Source of the DNA: Mobula hypostoma
Lineage: Eukaryota
Reading direction: 5' to 3'
NCBI RefSeq assembly: GCF_963921235.1
Contig: NC_086097.1
Coordinates: 196,790,001-196,854,000 of the forward strand
Length of the DNA: 64,000 nt
Position 1 is the stretch's first letter. Every line of letters begins with the position of its first letter. The translations under genes were made by a program, and so were the position numbers. Below, one piece after another: positions 47,766 through 60,109 of the stretch. The notes beneath the pieces are model-generated. The model saw nothing but the letters and a program-made list of their open reading frames with translations, searched no databases and was not told where the DNA came from.

Positions 47766-49290
47766 CTAAAATTCCTCAGGGCCCTGCCATTCATTGTGAA
47801 AGTCCTTCCTGGATTTGACTTTTAAAAGTGCAAGGCTTCACACTTATCCAAATTACCTCTGTTTGCCATCCTTGGCTCACTTACTCAATTAATCAAGATC
47901 CTCATAGTTTTTTGATAACCTTATTCATTGTCCACTATAGCATCTACTAAAAACAGATTTTGCATTTTTAACCAAATCATTGATGTAGACAAACAACAAA
48001 GGATCTAGCCCCAACCTCTGGGGATCACTGCTAATCATGAACCTCCAGTCCAAGAAACAACCTTTCACCATCACAACTCTGCTTCCAACCATCAAGTCAA
48101 TTGTGTGTGTATTGGCTTGGTCTCTCTGAATTCCATGCAGTCTAAACTTCCAGAGCAGCCTGTCAACGTGGAATCTTATCAAAAGCTTTACACAAGTCCA
48201 TGATTACCCCCTGGCCACATCAAATTTCTTGGTCACATCATTTTAAATTCAGAAGACACGATATTTTAACTTTTTTTGTTCCATCAGGATGAGTTTTAGC
48301 ACTTCTAAAGTTTTGTTCATGCAAAATAAAAAATTATAAATACTTCTATTTTAAAAAGCTGGTTTTCCTAAAGTGTTGCACATCATCAGCTTTATTTTAC
48401 CACACCACTCAATTTCTCTTTGCAAATTTCTTTACTATCAACAGTAATAATGTATATACTTTCTGATCTATCACAGTCCTGAATAGTTTGATTTCAATGT
48501 TCAGTCTTATAGCTCGTTAAAAGACTGAGCTGGCAATGAAATTGCCAGTAGCAATACTGAAACGCAAAGCATTTCTTTATGGTTTGGTCCACAGTTACTT
48601 TTGAGTTTTAATTTTACAGAAATCTAATGATCTTTACATGGCAAAATCTGCAGCAGTTTTGTAATGCATTGTACAGCTGGCTATTACAGATCAAATCCCA
48701 GTGGATTTTAAAAGACTTTTCTTGGAAAATGATAAAATGGTTATTTTCTAAAAGTTGCTTAAGGCAGAAGATCATCCAGTTCTGAACTATACATGAATGT
48801 GTTCAAATGCCTGTAGGATTTTTCTATATTTTTCCATATAATTTGCCAAGTGCCTAAAATCTGCGTTCCAAAGTATAAATTGGTCATTGCTGTAAAATGC
48901 TGAGATAACTTCATCTAAGGGAACAGAGTAAAAATAACATTGGTCTCAATTCAACTTTTCTTTTTCCCCCAAATATGAGGTAAAGTAAACTATTGATTCA
49001 GTTTCGTTTGAATGTTAAAGAATATTGGCTACGTTTACATATTTTTTTTCCACCATCTGTTTATTTTCCACGGATTGTTCAGGCTATCTTTGCCCTTAAG
49101 ATTTCTAGTCAGTTTATTTGTAACGCTTTATATTTGGCAAAGTGTAAGCTAAAGAATCTTGTAAATTTTAGACACTTGTGACATGTAGATTAAACAAGCA
49201 CAACCAAAGCAATAGTGTTTAAAAACTGCAGATTTCATTTTTGAAATAGTTATTTGAAGCTTCTTTACTTCAGAATGTCAATTACAGATA

Positions 49291-50170
49291 CAGTGCTTGT
49301 AAAAGTATTCAATCTCAACTCTTTTTCACATAGATGCTCCTTTTTTTTGACAGTAGAGCCCAAAAAATGGAAAATTGAAAAGCATGAAAACTAAAAATTG
49401 AAAACCTGAAATGTCAGCAGTTCAAAAGTATTCATCCCCTTTGCCCAGTACTTAGTTGAACCATTACTTACTGCTATTACAGCCAGTAATCTTTTTAGAT
49501 AAGTGTCTATTAGCTTTAGATAATGTGATGGAGCAAGATTTGCCCATTCCTCAGTGTAAAATTGTTCAAGCTGTGCCAGGTTAGTTGGGAAGCAGTGGTG
49601 GGCAGCCAGAGATCTTTGATTAAGTTAAAGTCAGGACTGTGATTGGGCCACTTAAGGACATCAATTTTCTTCTTGTGAAGTTCCTCCATGGTTGCTCTGG
49701 CAGTGTGCTTTGGGTTGTTGTTTTGCCAAAAGATGAACTTCCTTCCCAGTTTAAGCTTTCTGGCAGGGGCTATCAAGTTTTTATCCAGGATCTCTCTCTA
49801 TTTGGCAGCATTTATCTTCCATCATTTCTGATCAGATTTCCAGTCTCTACTGCTGAATAATATCCCCACAGCATGATTCTCCCTCCACCCTACTTTATAG
49901 TAGGGCTGATGTTACCTGGCTGATGCACAGCATTAGATTTACACCATTGGTGCCACTTAGTGTTGTGGCAAAAAGTTCAACTTTAGTCTTATCCAACCAC
50001 AAGACTGATCTTCCACATCTTTACAGTATCTTTGAAGTGACACATTGCAGTCTTTATGGGCAAGGATATGGTTTTTCTAGTCAGGACGACTTCCTTGCCA
50101 CACTTTCATAAATGCCTTTTTTGTACAAGGCCTTGGAGATTGTGGAGCCATGAACTTGATCTCCAGTTGC
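49291..50170 (-). mobile_element. Truncated Tc1/mariner element, IR/DR-type end
   Basis: TA|CAGTG terminus; direct repeat aaaagtattca at 49301 and 49424; FWQNNNPKH...WPNHSPDFNLI is a decayed form of QDNDPKH...WPSQSPDLNPIE. Confidence 0.88.
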
Positions 50171-52859
50171 ATCTACAGTTTCTTAGTTTGGGATGCACTT
50201 GTTTCCATTCTCACACTTTCCTTTAAATTGCACTAACAGAACATTCACAATCACTTGTGATATGCAATAAAAAGCAACTTATTGCAAATATTGGCAATAG
50301 TTGATTATATTTTAAACCAGTCCAAATAAATCACAAACAGAAACAAAAATTTAGTAATATTTAGCATAGATGGCATCCACAGAAAAAGATTTAGAATTAA
50401 CATTCAGGATAAACAACTATTATCCTTCATTGAACTTTTGAGCTCAGAGAGAAATGAAGTAAAACTGTAGTCTGAAGTGCAAAAAGTTTAGGTGTGGCAG
50501 TGTTATGCTGTCTTTAGTAGTCATATTTTCTGTATATAAAATAACCCTCGCCACATTAATTGATTCTTGTTAAGTTATATGATCATATTTTGAGCTATTC
50601 ATAAATGAGCAATGTGATCATCCATCAACTTGATGGTTGTGAACCCCTGGATTAGAAGACCCTGCTAAGATTGTTGTACTTGAACGAATATACAAACAAA
50701 GCTGCATGGTTTACAACTTATTTTTTTAGAATATTTTAATTTTAACATTGAGTATCATTGTGAGCACATACCACTTAAGTTTCAGTTATCCTAAATTTAA
50801 ATGCACTAATACCATGCAGCTCATACCCACATAAATTGCTATAAGCTCTCAATATACTTCTAGCCTAACAAACTATATAGATAACTGCTTCTTCGCAATA
50901 TCAGTGAGGTGTGTAGATTGGCAAACAGGTCTGGTAGCTGGTTGCTATTCTTTTTGGCAGAATATTCTATTGTGCTGCAGGGATTACTGGGCATCTTCAG
51001 TTAACATGTCATAGACTGACCTCCCAAAGATATTCTCAGTTGATGACTGTTGTATATAGCATCCTTCTTGGCCTTCACCTTGTAGCATTTAGGTTGTGAC
51101 TATTGCCCTGTGATAGTGATTTTGTGGCATTCATTCAGTTTTCCATTTTAGTTGTCTCAGTTGTTCATCTTTCACTCTGTGGAAGCAACCTTAATTTAAA
51201 AAGGTGACATCCAAGAAACAATTGGATTCCAGCAACACTTTTCAAGCTTAGCATTTCCATCACTACTTTCATTTTGCATCTGTTCAATAAGATTTGCATT
51301 TTTCTGTCGCAGTTTATCTCTGCCTCTGCAATAGTCTGACCTTTTGGATCGGCGAGGATGTCATTCACTGTACTCTTTTTGCCAGCCTAACATGAAATGT
51401 TTCAATTGTAGTGTTAGTTCCAAAATGAACCCTCAGACATTGATAGCTTACGAGAATTTTATTCAAGGTCTTCAGAAATGAATACTCATGCTGAAATTCA
51501 TTCTTATCATTTAAGCACTACTTAAATAATAGATTAGGTAATCTAATAGATTGACAACTAAAGACATCCTGCTGTATCTGAAAAACAAAAATTCTCATCA
51601 TACTATACCTTCAGATATGGCAAGATGTCTTTAAATGTTAGATAATAAATTTCTTTAAGTGGTTTGCGATACAATGTAAATTAGATCTCAAAGGGACAGG
51701 ATTGTATCATTGTGCGATGATCTGTCTCAATCAGACTTTCATTCTCACTTCTCAGTTTCTCAGTGACAACCACTGGGTCATGTCTTAGAAGATTTCTTTC
51801 AAGCTGATTATCCTCTCCTAGTTTTTGGTGGTTTTGTCTTCAGCTTTCCATTAAGTGCATCTGTAAATTTGTGTGCTGCTACTTGTTGAACACAGTTGCA
51901 TCTGCAGAAGCTCGTATACTTGCTATCTGCCTGTACTTTTATCAGTTAACATTTGCCGAGTTGCACAGACCTGCGATGGAGTTCTCTTCAAGTACAAAAA
52001 CCTCTGCTTAGCCCTTTTCTACATTCTGTTAATACTTAAAGAAAATGGCTAGCACAGACAAATGCACATTATTAACTGAAGGAAATCAGTAAATAATGGT
52101 CTGAAAAATTGGCGAGATTAAAAATTGATAAATCAAGAATTCAAAGATTTCTCCCTCAAAATTTTGAGTGGTGGGTACAGAGGTAATGGATCCATTGTCA
52201 ATCGTCTTTAAAAATGACGTGGTTTCTAGAGTTTTGCAGATTGGAGTGTAGCAAATGTCATCGCTATTTCAGAGAGAGAGAGAGAGAAAATGGGGAATGA
52301 CACACTTCTTGGTGTAAAAATGCTGTAAGAAAAATGCTGCTGTCTATAATGATGTATGCAATGACAGAGCATTTAGGGATGAATTGTTGGACTGAGCTGA
52401 GCCAGCATGGATTTACGGAACAGGCATGTATTGACATAATCTGTTAGATTATTTAAGGCAGTGTTTGGTTATCTTATTGTTCATTATTTGTTCTCGACTA
52501 AGACAATGACATCTATTCTGTATTCGTGCAATGTACATGGAAGTGGCTATTTGGGAACCTGGACAGTTCCCTTCACATGGGTGATAGGGTAGTTGGGATG
52601 CTGTAGCATTAGTGATTTTTGAGATTCTGTTTCTTTTTCCTTCCTCCTAAGAGTGACACCATTTTTAATGGGTACATGCCAAACAGAATGATCCAATACT
52701 CATTGTTCCCAGTGGTATGAGTCAATAATGAAGCTCTTCAAGGATGTTCTACGAGTCTTTGAATCCATTTTGCTGTCCATCAAGTGATTGTTTAACGTTC
52801 ACTCCCCTCTCCTGAAAATTGTTGCTTTTGGTTTTCTGTCATCACTTTCTTCTGACATG

Positions 52860-53215
52860 TCTTGCACATCTGTAATTGCTTTAGCAATGTTTTTGGGACA
52901 GTATCTATGTGTCTAGAACCTTGTCCTGCCTGTTGATTTTACAGACCATGTGGAAGTGGTTAAGCTGTCTGGAATGTCTGCTACACATTGTCCATGTCTT
53001 TCAGGCAGTGTATAAAGTGGGTATGTCAACAGCACAATACATCTTCAGCTTGGTCTTTGGGCTGATACCTCTTCATTCACAAGCTTCTCAGTCTTTCAAA
53101 AGCAAAGCTAGCTTTTGTTGTCCTGTTGCTGACTTGGTCATCAATGTTGACTGAGCTTGCCAACATATGTAAACTTGTCTGTTGTCGGAAGCTTCTGGAA
53201 GGGTTGTTTCTGTGT
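52860..53215 (-). mobile_element. RTE-clade LINE fragment
   Basis: IDDQVSNRTTKASFAFERLR, followed by a TKLKMY-like motif. Confidence 0.65.
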
Positions 53216-53219
53216 AAGA

Positions 53220-55357
53220 CCATAAGATATTGGAGCAGTATTAGGCCATTTGGCCCATTGAGCCTACTCTGCCATTTCATTATGGCTGATCCAATTTTCT
53301 TCCTGGCCCCAATCTCCTGCCTTCTCCTCATATCCCTTCATGCCCTGACCAATCAAGAATCTTATCAACCTCTGCCTTAAATATACATAAAGACTTAACC
53401 TCTACAGCTGCCTGTGGCAAAGAATTCCACAGCACCCTCTGGCGAAAGAAATTCCTCCTCATCTTCATTCTAAAAGGACACCCGTCTATCCTGAGGTTGT
53501 GTCCTCTGGTCTGAGACTCTCCCACAAGAGGAAACATCCTCTCCGCATCCTCTATCAAGGCCTTTCACTACTCAATAGGTTTCAATGAGGTCAGCCCTTA
53601 TTTTTCTGAATTCTCGTGATTACAGGCCCAGAGCTATCAGACGCTCTTCATATGACAAGCCATTCAGACCTGGAATCATTTTGAACCCTCACCAGTTTCA
53701 GCACATACTTTCTAAGATGAGGGGCCCAAACCGGCTCACAATATTCCAAGTGAGTCCTCATCAGTGCTTTATACAGTTTCAACATTACATCCTTGCTTTT
53801 ATATTCTAGTCCTCTTGAAATGAATACTGACATTGCATTTGCCTTCCTCACCACCAACTCAACTTGCAAATTAGGGAATCCTGCACAAGGACTCCTAAGT
53901 CCCTTTGCATCTCAACTTTTTGTATTTTCCATTTAGAAAATAGTCAACCCTTTCATTTCGTCTAGCAAAGTGCTGACCATACACTTCCAACACTGTAATC
54001 CGCCTGCCATTTCTTTGCCTATTTTCTCCTAACCTGAGTCCTTCTAAAGTCTCTCTACTTCCTCAAAACTACCTGCCCCTCCACCTATCTTCATATTGTC
54101 TGCAAACTTTACAATAAAGCCATCAATTCCATCATCCAAATCATTGACATACGACATAAAAAGAGTCAGTCTTAACACACTAGTGGAACACCACTAGTCA
54201 TTGGCAACCAGTTAAATAAGGCTCCCTTTATTCCCACTCTTTGCCTCCTGCCAATCAGCCACTGCTATATCCATGCCAGAGTTTTTCCTGTTCTACCACG
54301 GATTCCTAGCTTGTTAAGCAGCCTCATGTGTGGTACTGTGTCAAAGGCCCTCTGAAAATCCAAGTACACAACATCAACTGATTCTCCTTTGTCTATCCTG
54401 CTTGTTACTACTTCAAAGAATTCCAGCGGATTTGTCAGACAAGGTTTTCCCTTGAGGAAACCATGCTGACTTCAGCCTGTTTTATCATGTGCCTGCAAGT
54501 ACCCTGAGACTTCACCCTTAATAATCAACTCCAACATCTTCCCAGCCACTGAGTTCAGACTAACTGGCCTATAGTTTCCTTTCTTCTGCCTCTCTCCCTT
54601 ATTGAAGAGTGGAGTGACATTTGCAATTTTCCAGTCTTCTGGACCCATTCCAGAATCTAGTGATTCTTGAAAGATCATTACTAATGCCTCCATGATCTCT
54701 TCAGCAACTTCTTTCAGTAGACCTTCTGTTCCAGGTGACTTATCTACCTTCAGACCCTTCAGTTTCCCAAGAACTTTATCTCTAATTATGGTAACTTCAC
54801 ACACTGCATGAGCCCTGACTCCTGAAACTTCCACCATACCGCTAGTATCTTCTTCCACATTGAAGGCTGATGCAAAATGCTTTTTCAATTTGTCTGTTAT
54901 TTCATTATCCCCCATTACTACCTCTCCATTGTTTTCCAGCGGTCCAACATCCAGTCACTCCTCTTTTACACTTTATGTATCTGCAGAAACTTTTGATATC
55001 CTCTTTAATATTATTGGCTAGCTTACTTTCGTATTCATTCTCATTGACTTCTCTTGTTAGCCATGGTTGTGTCATCTTTCCTTTAGAATACTCCTTCCTC
55101 TTTGGGATGTATATATCCTGTGCCTTCAAAATTGCTTCCAGAAATTCCAACCATTTCTGCTCTGCCATCATCCCTGCCAGTGTTCTTTTCCAATCAGTTC
55201 TGGCCAACTCCTCTCTCGTGCCTCTGTAATTTTCTTTACCTCACTGTATTACTGATACAGCTGACTTTACCTTCTTCTTCTCAAATTTCAGGGTGAATTC
55301 AATCATAATATGATCATTTTCCCCTAAAGGTTCTTTTACCTTAAGCTCTCTAATCAA
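53220..55357 (-). mobile_element. Decayed CR1 LINE
   Basis: KVDKSPG, EDWKIANVTPLF, GNYRPVSLNS, THLEYC, TRGHNL. Confidence 0.92.
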
Positions 55358-57115
55358 TACAGGTGTAGGTTTTCTGTTTTCTTTGTGCCAATTGTGAGCA
55401 AATGTTGCCATAGATACAGGCAAATTTGTCCAGTCTTTCCTGCATATTAACTTACATCATTCTACTAAGTGCTCTACTGCTCTGTATGCCATCTCATCAT
55501 CATTCCTGATGAGTCATCAGTGAACTTGATTCAGTTTGAGATGGATCTAGCGGTATAGTCATGTGTCAGCTGTATGAACAGCAGCAGGAGGCACCGGCAG
55601 TCAGCATGATGGAGCTAATGATATTGCTGCTAACATGGACTGACTATGGTCTTTCTGCCAAGAAGTCCAAGATCCGGTTACTGAGTGATGTGTTGATTGC
55701 TAACGACAACTGTTTATTCACTAGCTTCTGAGGGATGATCATATTAACCGCAAAGCTGAAACAGCGTCCTGGTGTGTGAGGCACCATTTTCTAGGTGAAA
55801 TAGCTTGGAGTAGAGAGCAGAGACTATGGCATTGTCAGTGGACCAATTTGAGAGATAAGCTAACTGTAAAGGGTTTAATGGAGAAGGAAGAAATGATTTA
55901 ATATGGTCCATAAACCCACTGCTCAGAGCTCTTGATTATTAAGGTCATTGCCAGTGGATGGTAGTCATTAAACCAGGTTGATGGTGGCTGCCTTGAAGCC
56001 AACAGGGACAATGGAATGTTTCAGGGGGATGTTGAATATGTCTGCTGGAATTTCTGTTAACTGTACTGCACTGTCTCTTAGCACCAACCAAGTATGTTAT
56101 CAGGCCCTGCAGCTTTTCATGGGTTTCTCACACCAACTGCGGCCAGACAGCGTGCCTGCTCCTCAGGGGTGGGGAGGTTGTCTTTTCTTGTATCAATCGG
56201 TGACTAAAAGACATTCAGCCTATCAGTGAATCTTGATGATTTCATCGACGTTTTGGACCCAGGATAGAACCTCTGAGATGTTGATACCCAGGTGCAAGCA
56301 GCTGCTCCCCTTGTCAGCATACTGAACAGACTATTCCCCCCCCCCCCAAATTCTGTAGTTTGCTTTCCATTTCCAACAAGTACTCCTCTTCTCATTGCAT
56401 TTTTCCAATCAACTGCAGGAGAGGCAAAACCTGCCCTTTTACCTCTTCCATTACTGTTCTTCCAGGTGAAGCAGCAATTCACTTGCCCTATCAACAGTGC
56501 ATTTCATTCAGTGCTTACAGTGTGGTCTCCTCTGGCAAACCCATCAAACTGGAAGATCAGTAGTCAAAGTAGTTCAAGGATGAATATGAGCTTCTAGTCT
56601 TCTGATTCTAATTCTTTGTGCCACTACCACTCTAAATTCTGCTTTGGTTTAGTGATGGGCAAGATAAGTTCAGAGTGTCACTTCATTTTCACCTGGCTTT
56701 ATCACAAGCATGTTTTGAACATGGTAGTAGCTGCTTAAATTTATTTTATTTTTATCTTCTGTCTTTAACTGCTGGTTTGTTAGCTTGATAGCTTTGGTCT
56801 CTGTCTTAATAAAGACATGGTCCCTGTTCTCTCCACCACCCTCCATTTAGCAACTTAAAACAAGTTTATCGTCTCACTTTTCCACTTCCTGTAGCGAGCT
56901 CTTGAGTCAATTTTTTTCTCAGTCTCCTTGCCCAACCAAGTTCTAGAATTGTCTGTTTATTAATACCTGGTTGTAAGTTCATAATTCAATCTTCTTTCTT
57001 TATTGGATGTTGTTTTAAACAAGTCACCAAAACTGAAAATTATTGCATTGCAGCTCATGAATTCAACAATGAATGCAACAGCAAACTTAATCATGAATAC
57101 ATGTGGATGAATTAA

Positions 57116-57253
<138 letters not shown>

Positions 57254-57574
57254 TAGTACTTGTTATGTGTTGTTGAAGCCAAAATCAAAGTGGTGATGCA
57301 ACAAAAAAACTCAAGTGCCACACCCTCTATTGCGGGAGCAGCAATCTACTTTTTCAATACAGCTCTTTCATGAATGGCAGATAGTATTGTAACCCCTTGA
57401 TAAAAGAAAGCTGAATGTAAGTTGTGAAATTTTGGGAAAAATTGAACTGAGGATTAGGGTCAAGATAAAGGAATGGTCAACATTAGTAGTCCTGGGCTGT
57501 TAAAAGTTTTGCTGATATTATGAAATACATTTTGCACAATTATCTTTTCTGGAGTATTGTAGTGTTCTCATGCA

Positions 57575-58200
57575 GTGTGTTGAAACTCTGACTAAACACC
57601 AAGTTAAACCAGAGCCAATGAAGACAGAGTCATAGTAAGGTTAACCATTTACTGTTCACTCTTCCACATTAACATTGTATGGTGTAAACTGTTGATGAAA
57701 AAAAAATACAAACATATACAGCGTCTGTTTCATTCTGGAGACCACACGTGCTCTCTTCTTTTAGCGAGTGTCTCCAGCCGCCCCGAGAAGCGGGCGAGGG
57801 GGTCGCGTCAAACCGCCATCGTGCTCGAGCCAACCCCGCGTTTGAAATGGAAAAGCCGGCACGTGCGCTGCCCCAACCGCCGCTTCCTTAACAGAAACCG
57901 CGTTAATATTTTCTTATGAACTTACGGCATTGCTTCTATAATGTTTCTTTGTGGGTAGAAACCGAGCTGTTCACGATCATGCTGCACACATGACACCCAC
58001 CTTTACACCTTTGCGAACCAAGACGCGGCGAAACCGGACGTGACATCATCACATGCCGCGATATACCATAGACAATGAACTTACCTTTGTTATACTGTAA
58101 CTTAATCATCAACCTTTAACTTTAACTAGAAAATAGTTACAAACAAATCATTTAATGCACAGACCCAACAAAGTCAAATAAATGCCTTAAGGGCAACACA
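57575..58200. repeat. CpG-rich insert of unknown class, possibly a non-autonomous DNA transposon
   Basis: Abrupt CpG enrichment at 57720-58070; short inverted ends tgtgttg / caacaca. Confidence 0.35.
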
Positions 58201-58719
58201 GGTATAGTGAGGATTTAAGGTTGCCTATTGTAGTGGAATGCAATTCCGGCCAGGTACAAGGAGGCATGTTCTTTTGGGCATCCAGCTAAATTTTATTATT
58301 TCATTATTGTCAAATATTACTGGGGTACAGTGGAAAAACCTGTATACCATCTAAACAGATCAATTCATTACAGCACGTCGATTGAATTAGTACAAGGTAA
58401 AAGAATAATAGAGTACAGAATGAAGTGTTACAAAAGAGTTCACTGCAGGCAGAATGTAAGGTGCAAGATTACAACAAAGTATATTAAGGTAAAGAGCCCA
58501 TCTTGTTATACAGTAAAGTAGATTTATAATACTGGGAGGAAAGCTGTCCTGAAGTCTGGAATTTACAGGTTTTGTATCTCCTGGCTGATAGGAGGAGGGA
58601 GAAGAGAATATCCATGGAGGGTATGAATTTTAATTAAGACTGTTCTGAAGCAATCTCAAGGTGGAGACTGTCATGTTGAAAACAGGACCTTGTCTCCAAG
58701 GTTTCCTACCAATGCTGTA

Positions 58720-59490
58720 ATCAAAGTCAAATTTATTGTCATATGCACAAGTACATGTGCAATGAAAATCTTACTTGCAGCATATAAGCACCATTTACAA
58801 AGAAAAACATATAAACTGTACACAATATTTGCATGAAAGAGCACAGTTAGAATAAAAAAAGTCCATTTTAGTGCAAGGTGCTGAGATGTTGCTGAACTCT
58901 AGTGATTGGTTCAAGAACCACTCTGAAGGGGAGTAGCTGTCCTTGAACCTTGTAATCTGGAATATCAGGTTTCTGTACTTTCTGCCCAATGGTAGCTGCG
59001 AGAAGGTGGCCTGGGTGGTGGGGATCTTTGGATGTTGCCTTCTTGAGGCTGTGCTTCATATAGGTATTCCCAGATGTGGTGAGAAATGTGCCGTGATGTA
59101 TTGGCTGAGTCTACTACTGTCTATGGCTTCTTGTGTTTCTGTACATTTGATTCATCGTACCAGATCATGATGTAATCACTCAGGATACTTCTACATAGGT
59201 AGAAGTATGTTTATGTGTTCGGTGACATGCCAGGTCTCCTTCACCTTCTAAGAAAGTAAAGCGATTGATGCTGTCCTTGTGATTACATCAATGTGCTGTG
59301 CTGAGGGCAGGTCATCTGGTATGTTAATGCCTAGAAATTTGAAACTATTGACTCTCTCCACTGCTGATTTTATCCCGGTGTAGCCTAGCGTATGTTCGCC
59401 TTCTTTTCTCTTCCTGAAGTCAACAATCAGCTCTTTAGTTTTACTGATGATGAGTGAGAGATTGTTGTTGTGGCACCACTCAGACACGTA
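58720..59490 (-). mobile_element. Rex1/Babar-like LINE 3' relic
   Basis: WCHNNNLSLIISKTKELIVDFRK...VERVNSFKFLGINI. Confidence 0.8.
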
Positions 59491-60109
59491 TCCTCTCCTG
59501 CTCCGGTAGAATATAGGTATGGCGGGTAGATGGGTAAGAACATGGTCAAATAGGTTCTCTTCTCTACAAGTTCTATCACTACAGCCTGTGGCCACGTTCG
59601 AAAGCTGTTTTTTTTTTCAAAACCTGTCTGACTTCATGAGCATTGTATTACTGAGACATCTGGTGCTGGTGTTATACTATATTCAGTACTGAGGTACCAT
59701 ATATATGTGATGCTGCTTCAAATTAGGTTTTCTTTGCACCTATGCTTGCGTGTATTAGTACAAATATTTTTAAACATTTTGCTTGTGATAAAGCTATCTA
59801 TTATGCATTCTGCTCTTTTGCTGCCCTCTTTTAATATTCCAACTGGTGTTCAGTGTAGAGTACTGATTTCATTGCCTGAATCTATAAGTGGCAATCAAAA
59901 GAAAATTGTTCAGCTTTATTTGAATAATTTAATTCTTAACTTGCGTTTATTGTTTATTTAATCAATAGCTGGGAAAAGAATGACTCTCTTAAATATACTT
60001 GAGATGGTATGGGAAATCTTATTAAGTAATCATTAAAATTTTACTGTTCCTGAGATTTCTTGAATGCATTCTGAATGTTGTAATGAAATATTTCTGACGT
60101 TTTTTTTAT

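Noticed and set aside
51165..51390. Possible pogo/Tigger transposase N-terminus (KSTVNDIL)
   Set aside because: One short motif, no TIRs or catalytic motifs seen
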